A stretch of 62,935 nt of DNA, the filler included, from Octopus bimaculoides (Eukaryota): NCBI RefSeq assembly GCF_001194135.2. It is 4 parts of 4 records of this genome, joined end to end, with 100 filler letters (N's around TTAATTAATTAA, not from the genome) between each part and the next. Parts side by side here need not be neighbours in the genome. Positions count along the whole stretch, not along the records: positions 28,605 to 45,815 come from NC_068986.1; positions 45,916 to 58,635 come from NC_069001.1; 2 more parts are not named here. One strand, 5' to 3'. Shown here piece after piece: positions 39,986-52,340 of the stretch. Numbering within the stretch: the stretch's first letter is position 1; each line of letters opens with the position of its first letter. Under the pieces are notes generated by a model. That model was not told where the DNA came from. It worked only from the letters and a program-made list of their open reading frames with translations, and made no database searches. A program made the position numbers and the translations under genes.

Positions 39986-41645
39986 ACAACACAACTTTAT
40001 TTTAATTTTCTTCCGAGAAGTATCCAAAAATTTGTTTCTCTCTTTGTTTTTCTCTTGTTGCATCCATTAGTCTTGTAATTCTGGGTGTTGGATCAATCGG
40101 ACTGAATGATTTGCAGTAAAACTATGTATTTATTAGTATGGCTTCACTTAACCCTTCGGATCATTAAACCAGTTAGTTAGTCTCTAAATGAGAGTTTCTG
40201 AGACGAGTGCTGGAAACAAACACAGCATTTGTATGATACACAACGGTCAGGTCAGACTGTCTAATATAATGAGATAATAAAAGCGACTTCACCGTTTCTT
40301 TAGAGGTAAGATAACGGAAGCATTGAAATGGAAATACTTTGGAGAGATACACAACATTAAGCATAAACGAGTTGCCGATTCTTCGCTCATTAAGCCACAG
40401 CCCTGATCTCTGAATTAGGAGATTTTTACCAGGATAGGTTTTTTTTAAAAAATCAATTCAATGCTTTGCCTGTTTCATTCTTGTGGAAAAAAAAATCAAT
40501 GAATGATATTAGATAGAGTCTGAAAGACAACTACAAAACCAGTCTGATGTTTCGAAGGCAAACTGAAAGAAAAATCTTCCTCAAAATTATTTACAGAAGA
40601 AAGCTAACATGTGAGTCGTTGAGGGTTCCTAATTTTCTACTTTTCTCATTATCAATAGACTCGTCTTGTAAAAGAAAGCGAGAGGGTAGAAAGGAACAGA
40701 ATAAAAACTGAATTACTACTGGATTTCTCATCAAGGCATTTGTATGAAAGGAGATATAGATAAGATTATTTCTTCACAAAGCAAAGAAGTTGTAAGTCAC
40801 CAGCACAATATTTCAGTGCAGATCCATATTGAAAAGGGAAACAATTCTGGAAAATATTATAAGTGAAGAAATTTTACAATGTTATATATAGAAGGGTATA
40901 TTTAGGTGAAATATAGAAATATTTTATGAAATGTCAGTGTACAAAATGTGCAACACAAATCTGAACGCAATGTTTTATACATACATACATGCACACATAC
41001 ATACATACATACATACATACATACATACATACATACATACATAATACATACATACATACATGCATGCATGCATATATATATATATATATNNNNNNNNNNN
41101 NNNNNNNNNNNNNNNNNNNNNNNNNNNNNNNNNNNNNNNNNNNNNNNNNNNNNNNNNNNNNNNNNNNNNNNNNNNNNNNNNNNNNNNNNNNNNNNNNNNN
41201 NNNNNNNNNNNNNNNNNNNNNNNNNNNNNNNNNNNNNNNNNNNNNNNNNNNNNNNNNNNNNNNNNNNNNNNNNNNNNNNNNNNNNNNNNNNNNNNNNNNN
41301 NNNNNNNNNNNNNNNNNNNNNNNNNNNNNNNNNNNNNNNNNNNNNNNNNNNNNNNNNNNNNNNNNNNNNNNNNNNNNNNNNNNNNNNNNNNNNNNNNNNN
41401 NNNNNNNNNNNNNNNNNNNNNNNNNNNNNNNNNNNNNNNNNNNNNNNNNNNNNNNNNNNNNNNNNNNNNNNNNNNNNNNNNNNNNNNNNNNNNNNNNNNN
41501 NNNNNNNNNNNNNNNNNNNNNNNNNNNNNNNNNNNNNNNNNNNNNNNNNNNNNNNNNNNNNNNNNNNNNNNNNNNNNNNNNNNNNNNNNNNNNNNNNNNN
41601 NNNNNNNNNNNNNNNNNNNNNNNNNNNNNNNNNNNNNNNNNNNTG

Positions 41646-41694
<49 letters not shown>

Positions 41695-41700
41695 TAATAA

Positions 41701-41742
<42 letters not shown>

Positions 41743-41789
41743 AAGAAAACACAGAGTGCTCTATTTCTCGTCCGGCTGCAATCATCAGC

Positions 41790-43060
41790 TGAACGCCGTC
41801 ATGCTTCGGCCCATCAATCTCAGTATCTCTCCACACGGTGGGCCCTCAACATCATACGGAGTCTAGATCAGAGCTTTCAAATGTTCTACACTCAACCGCC
41901 ACCAATCAGACCTCTTCAACTCCAGCTTTTCGATATCATTCCAGTTCAGCCACCGACCCTGCTGTGCTTGTTGTGCTACGTGACACAGACGCCTCCCATC
42001 TTCCAGCTAGCTGTCTTACTTGTTCGCGTAGCTTCCGCTGTTCTTGTTCACTTGACTCAGACCAGAACCGCTCTCTCTTGACAAGCCCCACACCAGCCCT
42101 GCCGTCTATCATCCCTCCACGCACTTCAGTATGCTGAGCCATCTCATCAAGCTGCTGCATCACCTCTGACCTTCCACTTCCTACCAGCATTCAAATCTGG
42201 TGGATTGTCCGGGATCACAGTGTCCCTTGACACAGACAGCATCGATTGCAGACGCACCGTAGAGACCTTGTACTACTCCAGTAGTGATGTCAGGGGCAAC
42301 TGGAGCATACCCTAGTTGCTATAAAGGACGACAGATGAAAGGCAATTCGAAAGGCCAAGCCACTTCCTTACCATCTTATTGATCTTACATTCAATTGTTT
42401 CAATCCTCTTTAGAGAAACTTCATACACAGTTATGGGCCACAGCAGTCTTGGGAGCAACCCAAAATGCATGAACCACACCTTGAATTTCCTTGGCAGACT
42501 TCCTTGATCAATGCTTTCTAGCGCTGTCTCTGCCTGCTTCTGCAGTTCAACACCTCGATGCCTGCCTGTGAGGGGAAATCTATACCATCTTCCCAGACTT
42601 TTGACACTTTGCTCACGAATTGTTGGTATTTGCTCTTCAACGATGCTGAAGGCCTACCCTTCAGTGAAAGAGATCTTCTCTGCTTTGGTTTAAAGGCCAT
42701 TTGACTGCAACTGATCAGTTCAGACAATCTATTCAACACGTCTCTGGCAACGTTGATATTATCTTGCGCAATGGTGAGATCATCCATGAACGCCCTCAAT
42801 TTTACTTCTCCTTGGTTGAACATGTGCTCAGGCTTTAAGCACACCCCCCCAGTATGACCTCCATAATCATCACAAATATCTCCTTTACTTGACCAATGTA
42901 TTGAGTGGTGTACTTTGCAGTAGAGAATCGAAACATGAACTGGTCAAAGTATGTGGATAGAACGCTTCGAAGTTTCTGAGGCATATATATATATATATAT
43001 ATATACATATATAAGAGGTGAGGACCGAAATCCTTCAAAGGGATGTCAAACATCCAAGTC
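41790..43060 (-). mobile_element. Decayed non-LTR retrotransposon, R2-Hero/HERO-like RT region
   Basis: Minus strand contains KLRAFMDDLT (RT catalytic motif, FMDD form) followed by MAFKPKQRRSLSLKG. It also has upstream PQKLRSVLSTYFDQFMFRFST and downstream LLWPITVYEVS...VRKWLGL...AGRKW...DGRAGVG. Frameshifted and interrupted by (TA)n near 42984-43012. Confidence 0.72.
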
Positions 43061-43907
43061 CCCCCTTTTGTCTTTGGAATTAATTAGACTCCGAAACAAT
43101 TTGTAGAATTTATATTGGATCTGTATCAACCAGGATTATGGATTAAAGATCGTGTACAACTACAATTTATACATGTATACACACACACGCACACACACAC
43201 ACACGCGCGCGCGCACACACACACACATACATATATCAGCACATTGTTGTGTGCTTGAGATTTTGCCCTTGTCAAAAGGCCATATAATTTTCCTATTAAC
43301 GTCACTTCTTGTATGCTGACATCTGGTCCGAGATAAAAAGCTATCGACACTCCCTGCTCGTTCTTTGTCGCTTACTTCTTATTTGCGTCCATGATTGCTT
43401 TATCGCGGCAGACATGGTTAACTAGTATCGAAACCACAATGAAGCTCAGTCGATTGCTGTCGAAGAGAGTCTGCTTCTTTGACTTCTGTTTTGGAATTTT
43501 TGCATTCGTTCCTCCCCTTCCTACAAAGCAAGTCTGTTCGAGTCGANNNNNNNNNNNNNNNNNNNNNNNNNNNNNNNNNNNNNNNNNNNNNNNNNNNNNN
43601 NNNNNNNNNNNNNNNNNNNNNNNNNNNNNNNNNNNNNNNNNNNNNNNNNNNNNNNNNNNNNNNNNNNNNNNNNNNNNNNNNNNNNNNNNNNNNNNNNNNN
43701 NNNNNNNNNNNNNNNNNNNNNNNNNNNNNNNNNNNNNNNNNNNNNNNNNNNNNNNNNNNNNNNNNNNNNNNNNNNNNNNNNNNNNNNNNNNNNNNNNNNN
43801 NNNNNNNNNNNNNNNNNNNNNNNNNNNNNNNNNNNNNNNNNNNNNNNNNNNNNNNNNNNNNNNNNNNNNNNNNNNTGTGTGTGTGTGTGTGTGTATACGT
43901 ATATATT

Positions 43908-44196
43908 TACAGGGTGCGGTGAATAACTTGTATAAATTAAGCAAAATTGAAAGTAACACTAACATCTCATTTTAACAGATATATTTACCAAAATTACATT
44001 AAAATATTTTGAAATGCTAAACAGTATATTTGTTCAATAAAATCGCCATTGGCTTCAACCACGCCCTCCGGACAGCTTCGGAATGTACTACAACTCTTCT
44101 GGACGAGCTCCTTGTTTAAGTTGGTGAATGCTGCCATAATCCTTGTCTTCAGTTCATNNNNNNNNNNTGTGTGTGTATATACATGTACATACATGC

Positions 44197-44228
<32 letters not shown>

Positions 44229-44600
44229 ATACGTATATATTTACAGGGTGCGGTGAATAACTTGTATAAATTAAGCAAAATTGAAAGTAACACTAACATC
44301 TCATTTTAACAGATATATTTACCAAAATTACATTAAAATATTTTGAAATGCTAAACAGTATATTTGTTCAATAAAATCGCCATTGGCTTCAACCACGCCC
44401 TCCGGACAGCTTCGGAATGTACTACAACTCTTCTGGACGAGCTCCTTGTTTAAGTTGGTGAATGCTGCCATAATCCTTGTCTTCAGTTCATCTTTGGTGT
44501 TACACGGAACTTTGTTGGTCTCTCGCTCAACTGCGCCCCAGTAGCCACCCTCTAGGCCCAGAGCAACACTACCTCATCCAGGCATTTGATGTAGGCCTCT
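43908..44600 (-). mobile_element. Tc1/mariner-type transposase C-terminal remnant with TIR, part present twice
   Basis: TA|CAGGGTGCGGTGAATAAC terminus at 43908 and again at 44242. Minus strand reads LNTEAYIKCLDEVVL...YWGAVERETNKVPCNTKDELKTRIMAAFTNLNKELVQKSCSTFRSCPEGVVEANGDFIE. Confidence 0.72.
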
Positions 44601-45146
44601 GTGTTGAGTGAATGAGGCCTTGTGGGAAGATAAATGGAGGAATAACGTCGCCATCACTAATGATCTCTCCAAACACGATAATGTTGACTGGATGCTGGAT
44701 TTTATTACTCTCGGTACACGTGTTGGGGACACAGCACATCAACGGTTGTTCTGTTTGTTCACCATCTTGATCCTGGCAGAAATTCTTCTCGTCTGAATAA
44801 AACTAAAGCATGTTTGGCTGGAGAGGATGAGTTGGGTTTGTTCTGCGGATTTTCCTGACAAAAATATAAAAATATCTTTTTTATGATAGGACAACCGGGG
44901 TCCAAGAAACGGCCGTAGGATTATTAACTGGATTAGTAACACCGAAACTTTTTATCTTATAGACTCTAAACACTTTTTATGACTTCGTTTTATAATCTGT
45001 AAGTCGACTTGTATATGTATTTATTTTTTCAATATATTTTGAATTTATATATCTATATATTCATATATTTTCATATGTATAGTTCTACTGTATAAATTAC
45101 TCTATACATTTTTATATATCTATATATTTTTAATAAGTTTGATGCA

Positions 45147-45531
45147 TTTATTCTTTTATTCTTTTATTCATTTCAATCATTTGACTCCGGCCATGCTAGA
45201 GCACCACATTTAGTCGGAAAAATCGACCCCTGGACTTATTCTTTGTAAGCCTAGTACTTATTCTATCGGTCTCTTTTGCCGAACTGCTAAGTTACGGAGA
45301 TATAAACACACCAGCATCAGTTGTCAAGCGGTGTTTCAGGAACAAACAGAGACACAAACAAATACATATATATACATATATGTATATACGACGGGCTTCT
45401 TTCAGTTTCCGTCTACCAAATCCACTCACAAGGCTTTGGTCGGCCCGAGGCTATAGTAGAAGACAGTTGCCTACGGTGCCACGTAGTGGGACTGAATCCG
45501 GAATCAGATGGTTGGTAAGCCACTCCTGCGC
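45147..45531 (-). mobile_element. SINE family A, near full length (CpG retained)
   Basis: Reverse complement of the family from tail to head; retains ggtcggcccgaggc. Confidence 0.85.
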
Positions 45532-45718
45532 ATTGAATATACTTTTGAAGAAATTCATGGATGTTCGATCTAGGGATGAATAAATATGAATGTATATGTG
45601 GATTGGATTTGCGTAGGCAGGAATTCTTACTTCCGCATTATTCTAACGTCTCAGACTTGAATATCTGGAACAGCTCAAAGTAAAGTCTATGCACTGGAGA
45701 AAATCTTTTCATTATAAT

Positions 45719-45759
<41 letters not shown>

Positions 45760-45782
45760 ACATGTATATGTATATGTGTATA

Positions 45783-45815
<33 letters not shown>

Positions 45816-45859
45816 NNNNNNNNNNNNNNNNNNNNNNNNNNNNNNNNNNNNNNNNNNNN

Positions 45860-45871
45860 TTAATTAATTAA
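45860..45871. other. Artificial scaffold spacer TTAATTAATTAA (44 N each side)
   Basis: N at 45816-45859 and 45872-45915. Confidence 0.95.
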
Positions 45872-45959
45872 NNNNNNNNNNNNNNNNNNNNNNNNNNNNN
45901 NNNNNNNNNNNNNNNGCATAAAGATCAATAGTATGGGATACATGTCTCATGATTAGAAT

Positions 45960-46748
45960 TTTTTTAGGGTGTGTAAAGAGGGAAAGAACCCTCATGTGCA
46001 ATTTTCATGAAATTTGAATCATATGTATTCCAGTTCCTTACAGAAAATATAACACAAAATTCTCATTCTTCAATTGCATGTAACTGTGATGACTTTCAAA
46101 AAAAGGTCTGGACCAACTTCCAGCTGTTCTTTCAGTTCACGACACGCATTCGGTTCTGACTGCTTTTGATCTTCCGTGAGCAAACGAGGCACAAATTTTG
46201 CTGCAACTCTTTTCATTCACAATTCATTGCTTGAACTTCATTGGCAGGAGCTCCAGGACAATCTAGTTATATCAACAAATTTGTCAATTGTTTGGCAATG
46301 GTCCTCCAATATTAGTTCATGAATTTTTGTGACGTTTTCATTCATTCAACAGGTCGATTGTTACCAGAACGAGGTTGGTCTTTAAGCGACAAATGATCAT
46401 TCCTAAAGTGTGAAAACCCCTCATAAACTTCTGTTTTGTTCATGACAGTGTCCTTGTAAGCTGTTTGAAGCATGACAACTGTTTTGGCCATTGTTTTCCC
46501 TAGCAGAAAACAGAATTTTATGGAATCACACTGTTCCTTCATTTCAGCCATTGCAAAAATTGATGAACAGGGGAGAAGCACTGCAAAACAAAGGTGCACA
46601 AAGTGACAGATTGACTCCACAGGAAGCTGCCGGTCAGCAGACTGATGCCTGAGGGTCGCATCAACTAGCTTCTAGCAGTGGAAGCCTGAAATACAACTGG
46701 TTTGTCCCACAGAGAATATTTCCTGTTACTTCTGGGTACCTCCTTGTA
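45960..46748 (-). mobile_element. mariner transposase 5' remnant (HTH region) with TIR
   Basis: Minus strand reads MAEMKEQCDSIKFCFLLGKTMAKTVVMLQTAYKDTVMNKTEVYEGFSHFRNDHLSLKDQPRSG, a typical mariner N-terminus. TIR-like end TACAAGGAGGTACCCAGAAGT at 46748. Confidence 0.8.
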
Positions 46749-47310
46749 TCATCATCACCGTTTAATGTCCGCTTTCCATGCTGGCATGGGTTGGACGGTT
46801 TGACTGAGGGCTGGCAAGCCAGTAGGCTGCTCCAATCTAATCTGACAGCTGGATGCCCTTCCTAACGTCAACCGCTCCAAGAGTGTAGTGGGTGCTTTTT
46901 ATGTGCCGAGGTAGCGGGGGAGGGGTATTCAGGTGGCACTGGCATCGACCACGCTTGAATGGTGCTTTTTATGTGCCACCAGCACAGGAGCCAGTAGGCG
47001 GCACTGGCAATGACCATGCTCAAATGGTGCTTTTTACTGTTGAAAGTTATCTCTACAGATTTTCTATAGAAATATGAATACATCTATGTAAACAATGCAA
47101 TCATCATCAGCATTCATTTTCCAAGCTGGCATGGGTTAGACAATTTGGCTAGAACTGGTAAGCTGGGGAGCTACACTAGGCTCCAGTTGTCTGTTTTGGC
47201 TTGGTTTCTATGGTTGGATGTCCTTCCTAACACCAGTCATTTTACAGAGTGTACCGGGTATCTTTTATGTGCCACCAGCTTGGTTATCCTTTTATGTGTC
47301 ACTGGCATGG
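46749..47310 (+). mobile_element. Repeat family C, two tandem copies
   Basis: Hallmark atcatcatcaccgtttaatgtccgctttccatgctggcatgggttggacggtttgac...ctggatgcccttcctaac...gagtgta...ggtgcttttatgtgccacc, with internal re-duplicated units. Confidence 0.75.
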
Positions 47311-47589
47311 GTGGCCATGATCACAATTTCACTGGGTGTATCTGTATATTTCAGGAGTTCTTGCTCCTTCTTCAGCACCACATCCAACTCATTAGCCATC
47401 CACGAACACATTGCTTAAATAGCTACCAAACATAGCAGTATAACACAACAAAGCTAGTTTTCTTTTTCTGATGGTGTGTGTGTGTGCACGTGTAGCAGAT
47501 AATGACTGTCCATGATATGAAGAGAGATTCTGCAAGAACTGTCCAATCAGCACAGAAAAACAAACTTAAAGGTCATGTTAGGTGTATAG

Positions 47590-47780
47590 TCTAGTGGTTT
47601 GGGTGTTGCACTCATGACTGTAAGATTGTGGTTTCAATTCCCAGGCTGGGTGATGCATTATGTTCTTAAGCAAAATGCTTCCTTTCACATTGCTCCACTC
47701 AGCTGTATAATGAGTAACCCTGTGTCCCATTCAGAAGGATTGGAAATGGGTTATTTGTGCTCTGAGTCCAAGACTTTAGA
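47590..47780 (+). mobile_element. SINE family D, decayed copy
   Basis: Runs gggtgttgcactcatgactgtaagattgtggtttcaattcccagg...ttcacattgctccactcagctg. Confidence 0.55.
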
Positions 47781-47916
47781 CAACTAAAGATCATGCGAAT
47801 ATTCTAATCTTATAAAAGTAACTACCTTTTTATAAACTTATCACAAAAAGTATAATCCTCTCAGGTATTTATATATTTAATCTATTTTTCTATTGTGTCT
47901 ATATATGTACACGTAG

Positions 47917-48299
47917 GTGGAAAACTTGCTCCGATCTTCATGAAAACCAGCACCAAGAAAAATGGTAAAAAATCTAAAGAATTGGAAACAGAAAAGGACA
48001 GGATGCGGCGTGCCTTTCTGATGAGTGGTCTGCCCGAGGAAGCTAAACGACAACAACAAACCATCAACAACACTGTGAATGTAGATAGTTGTGACCATGC
48101 TCCATTCCCCAGTGAAAACCATGTCCAGCAAATTGAACCAACAACTGAAATTAACCATTGGGATTTACCAGAAGTAAATTTACCATTAATTAAATTAGCA
48201 CCAGCAGGGAACCAGTCCATTAAACCACCACCATGGAATGGATCTTTTAGTGTCATCACTGGAGCACATACACCGAATCCAAGAGTGGATCATCTGAAG
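47917..48299 (+). CDS. ATAD5: ATAD5/ELG1 internal exon 1 of 5 in window (GGKLAPIF...RRAFLMSGLPEEAKRQQ...VDHLK)
   Basis: Acceptor cacgtag|G at 47917 and donor AAG|gtttgt after 48299. 383 nt, open, phase 1 in and phase 0 out, matching the next exon. Assigned mainly through frame continuity with the diagnostic downstream exons. Confidence 0.8.
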
Positions 48300-48884
48300 G
48301 TTTGTGTTATTTTTAGCTCAGTGCAGCTTTCTCTCTGTTCCTTTCTCTCTCACCCTTACCTTTCCTTCTTCATTTCTAAACTACCACTCCTTTCTCTCTC
48401 TCTCTCTCTCTCTCCCCCCTTTACTCTTCTCTTTTACCCTTTTCTTTCCCTTAAATTCCTTTCTCCATCATTGTTTAATATCCACTTTTCCGTGCCCACA
48501 TGAGTTGGATGGAATTTATTAAGGTAGATTTTATAGAATCAAATGCCCTTCCTATCACCAACCCTCAACTGTTTCCAAGTAAGGTAATATTTCCCCAATG
48601 ACCAGACATGGTTTAATGGAAAATTGAAAATAAAAGACGCTCTATGACACTGATTTACTATCATGTGATATCAAATCAATGAGACACTAGTACACACACA
48701 TACACACACACACACATGCACAGCAGGCTTCTTTCAGTTTTCATCTACCAAATCCACTCACAAGGTAGAAGACACCTACCAAAGGTGCCATCCATTGGGA
48801 CTGAACTCGAAACTGGGGTTAGGAAGTAAATTTCTCAATCACACGGCATGTCTGCACCTATGATGATGATGACGACAACACTGA

Positions 48885-49520
48885 TGACAATCATTATCCT
48901 TACCCTTTGCCATTTGTCTTCCATGCTGGCACTGGCAGGGGTTGGATGGTTTGACCAGAGCTGGCAAACTGGAGCTGCACCAAGTTCCAGCCTGACTTGG
49001 CACGGTTTCCAAGGCTGGATGCCCCTTCCTAATGCCAACCATTTTACAAAGTGTGTGCTGGGTGCTTTTAATGTTCATCCAGCATGAACGCTTATATGTG
49101 ACACTGGCATGAGTGCTTTGTACGTGGCACCAGCATAACAATAATAATGATGTTTAGGTGCAGGCATATGTGTGTGGTTAAGAAGCTGACTTCACAGCCA
49201 CATGTTTAATTCCACTGGCAGATGTTTTCCTCTTTAGATTGATCAATGCTTTTTTTGAGTGGAAATAGGTAGAACACAAGACTGTTTTCATGATATATAT
49301 CAGTCTCAGTTCTGGTCAGGGGCTAAAAGACAACCACCATAGGAAGCAAAAAGGTTTTCATTCTTTTAGAATGTTCTAATTTAAGGTCTGTTTTCCATGC
49401 TGGCATGGGTTGGATGGTTTGACCAGAACTGGCAAGCTAGAGAACTGCATCAGGCTCCAGTCTGATTTGGCTTGGTTTCTACAGCTGGTTCCTAATGCCA
49501 ACTACTTTACAGTGGCACAG
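48885..49520 (+). mobile_element. Repeat family C, two copies (~48885-49135 and ~49380-49520)
   Basis: ttccatgctggca...gggttggatggtttgaccaga...ctggcaa...ctggatgccc...cctaatgccaac. Confidence 0.7.
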
Positions 49521-49609
49521 GACTCTTGTAGGTTAATCTCTTTACCAGAGCATGCAGCCTTTTGTGTAATTATTATTTTATAATTTTTTTTTTTTTGTTT
49601 CGATATCAG

Positions 49610-49769
49610 AAATTCTCTGGTCACACTCCCCTCTCAGCATCTGAAATTAAGATGCTTCTTCAAGAAATTTATGCTGCTAATCTTGCTTATCCTGCACAAC
49701 ATTTCTATGATATGGCATTAAAAAGAAACAGGGTTGCTGAGAAGAGTGAGAAAATCTCAGCAAAGTTGG
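49610..49769 (+). CDS. ATAD5: ATAD5 internal exon 2 (KFSGHTPLSASEIKMLLQEIYAANLAYPAQHFYDMALKRNRVAEKSEKISAKL)
   Basis: Poly-T tract plus atatcag| acceptor, and donor TTGG|gtaagt. 160 nt, phase 0 in and phase 1 out, continuous with both neighbours. Confidence 0.8.
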
Positions 49770-49989
49770 GTAAGTTATTCTTTTCATATGCCCATCCTCT
49801 TCAGACCACCTCTTGGTGCTCTGATACAAACTTTGTATTTTAAAGTGATTTAAATTAAAAAAATTTGCATCAGAATTTCATGTTCCAAACACCCGATTAA
49901 TAATGACAAAGTTAATATACTGAATTCTATGTTATTTTCAAAATTAATTGACTCAAAAGTAGTGTGTTTCGACAGAAATATGGTAACTG

Positions 49990-50410
49990 CATAGCCCTCT
50001 TCATATACTGGTTCAGGCATTGTGATCTGTTGTAATCATCATTTGCTTGTTCCACCATTGAGGTCTTTGGCGATTGGTCGTGCTTAGTCAGGGTCCTTGT
50101 CCTCAACCTTACTGCCAAGGGTGGCCCTACTCAGAGTTTAGAACTCTTAGCGGCATCACTACAGAAGGCACCATTTAAAACTATAACTGGGTTAGTTGCA
50201 GTTTGATAACTGGATCCTGCATGTTTCATGTGCCACAGAGGAATGTCATGAAATCAAGTGTATGGGTCATTTCCTGGCAAGCTGAGGTCTGCCTTAAACA
50301 AATCCATGTAATTGGCACTTATGTCTTTCTTCAATGATGGGTCAGTGGTGGTAACTAAAGAGGTAGAGTTGTAATCATACAGTAAAACCCACCAATGTTT
50401 AAACATTCAG
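49990..50410 (-). mobile_element. Possible highly decayed RTE-like LINE fragment in ATAD5 intron
   Basis: Minus strand reads MFKHWWVLLYD...SLKKDISANYMDLFKADLSL, weakly like LFxxxVxxVLLYG...LEKxLDGxYTxMLRxxLN. Many stops. Confidence 0.3.
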
Positions 50411-50884
50411 CGATGCTATCTGCATGGAATTAATTAACGTCTTTCTTTGATTATTTCTGTTCAATAAATCCCTTCTGAAAGTATCAAAACTTGATCTCAT
50501 ATTAGTTTTGACAATGACTCTTTTGTTTGTTTGATCAACTGAATTGACTGCTCATTGTATTATAGTGGAAATGGTTGAGTATACCTTAGATACTTTCCCT
50601 CTTAACATAATACTCTGACTCAACATGACAGTGTGAGTGGCTGTAGGTTAATGCTTTAGTGTTCAGATTATTCTGTCAAATGTAATGCTTTATCATTCAC
50701 ATTGTTTTTAATTAATCATGTATTATCTCATAGCTTTGAAATTTTGATGATGTGATGGTATATTTTTTTAAATAGCACTGAAGAGTAACAGTGATAAGCT
50801 GGGTTTGGCTGGTTTGAAAATAAAATGGGTAGCACAATTGGGCCAGATATGGCCATTTTAGATAACATTGGCATTTTGCTGGTT

Positions 50885-51172
50885 ATGATGAATGTTCCAG
50901 TTGATCCAATCAGCAGAACAGCCTGCTTGTGAGATTAGTCCGCAAGTGGCAGAGCACTCCAAAGACACGTATACCCGTAACATAGTTCTCAGGCATATGC
51001 AGTGTGACAAGGCTGGTCCTTTGAAATGCTGGAACAACTCATTTTTGCCAGTTGAGTGGACTGGAGCAATGTGAGATAAAGTGTCTTGCTCAAGGACACA
51101 ACACGTCACCAAGTATTGAGCTCATGACCTTACAATCATGAGCTGAATACCCCTAACCACTTAGCTACACAC
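50885..51172 (-). mobile_element. SINE family D copy
   Basis: Runs gagtggactggagcaatgtgagataaagtgtcttgctcaaggacacaac...atgaccttacaatcatgagctgaatacccctaaccacttagc. Confidence 0.7.
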
Positions 51173-51213
51173 GAGTTTAAATGCTAAAGGATTAAGCAGC
51201 ATTTTGGTGGTTC

Positions 51214-52340
51214 ATCATCATCATTTCATATCCATTTTCTATGCTGGCACCAAGTTCCAGTGTTTGCTTTGGCATGGTTATCATTACTGGACGCCCTTCT
51301 TGACACCAGTCACTTCACTTCACAGTGGCACCAGTGCACTAGTGTGGTCACCAAGTAAGCTGCAAGACAAGATCCCTCAACTGAGTTGAGGATGCAACAT
51401 TGAGAGAGGCGGTATTTGTGCCAGGTGTTGAAAGGTTAGAGTACGATTGAGGAACAGAAACAGGTGTCTTACCATACAGAAAATACATGGTTACCCCAAA
51501 TGGAAAAGAGAGCTATTGAAGAGGTATCATCAAGTTACAAGGTGAATGAATTAAAGAGTGCAATGACATGGATTCAGGTTTGATCCCATTATGTGACACG
51601 TTGAGCAAATGTTTTCTACTTTGTGATTGAAATTTAGTAGATGGAAACTGTACAGAAGCCTACCATATGTTTGTGTCAGCATGTGAGTTTGTGTCCCTAC
51701 ATTTCTCTGCATTGTTACCATTTGGGCAGCAGTGATGATGGTTATGTCCTGCATAAGTTCAGCGGCTCAATGGTTCAACATTGCTAGGACATGGAATAAA
51801 TACCTTACCTGAAAGTGAATAAGGGTCAGCACAGGGATGGGCATCTGGCCATAGAATACTGCTTGGATAAGTCTGTTCCAACCAAATATATGTTTATTTA
51901 AAAAAAAAAAAAGATGTTCCTTGTATTTCAAATTATAAATCATTATCTCAGAAAACACCGAACCTTATGAAAGGGATGACAGAGGACTGAGTTGTGTGGC
52001 GCATTGCTGTACTTGAGAAAACCTACCCACCACAACAGAATTGAGATCCTACAACCAAGGTGCCACATAAAAAGCACTGGTGCTAATTAAAAAGCATCTG
52101 TGATGGTGTCACATAAAAAGCATCCAGTACATTGTGGAGTGGCTGATGTCTCGACATTACATGGTGGTTGTAGATGAGCATCTCTGTCATACAAGTTAGG
52201 TTGTTCATTTCCAGTCTTCTGTGAAAAACCTGTCTGGCTGTGAGAAACATTACCTTGCTTGGAAACAGTAGGAGTTGGTGATAGGAAGGGTATCTGGTTG
52301 TAGAAATATCTGCTTCACTAAATTCTGCCTGACCTTTGCA
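51214..52340. mobile_element. Repeat family C copies in both orientations, plus a decayed family A head (~51575-51680)
   Basis: Plus-strand catcatcatcatttcatatccattttctatgctggc at ~51214. Minus-strand ggtgccacataaaaagcac...taggaagggtatctgg at ~52040-52340. Confidence 0.55.

Noticed and set aside
40520-40590. Minus-strand TGAGGAAG...CCTTCGAAACATC, hammerhead-like
   Set aside because: The core is incomplete and the stems cannot be assigned consistently.
331-45871. Most long ORFs in the supplied track (poly-YI, HT, CV, poly-D/M/S/T, X-rich)
   Set aside because: They are translations of microsatellites or run through N gaps, and show no protein-like complexity.
48017-48045. CTGATGAG in ATAD5 exon 1 as a hammerhead core
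   Set aside because: It encodes LMS in a coding exon, and no stem II plus GAAA follows.
48300-48522. Hydrophobic C-terminal extension of the 202-aa ORF (VCVIFSSVQLSL...)
   Set aside because: It is read-through into a CT-rich intron after the donor at 48300.
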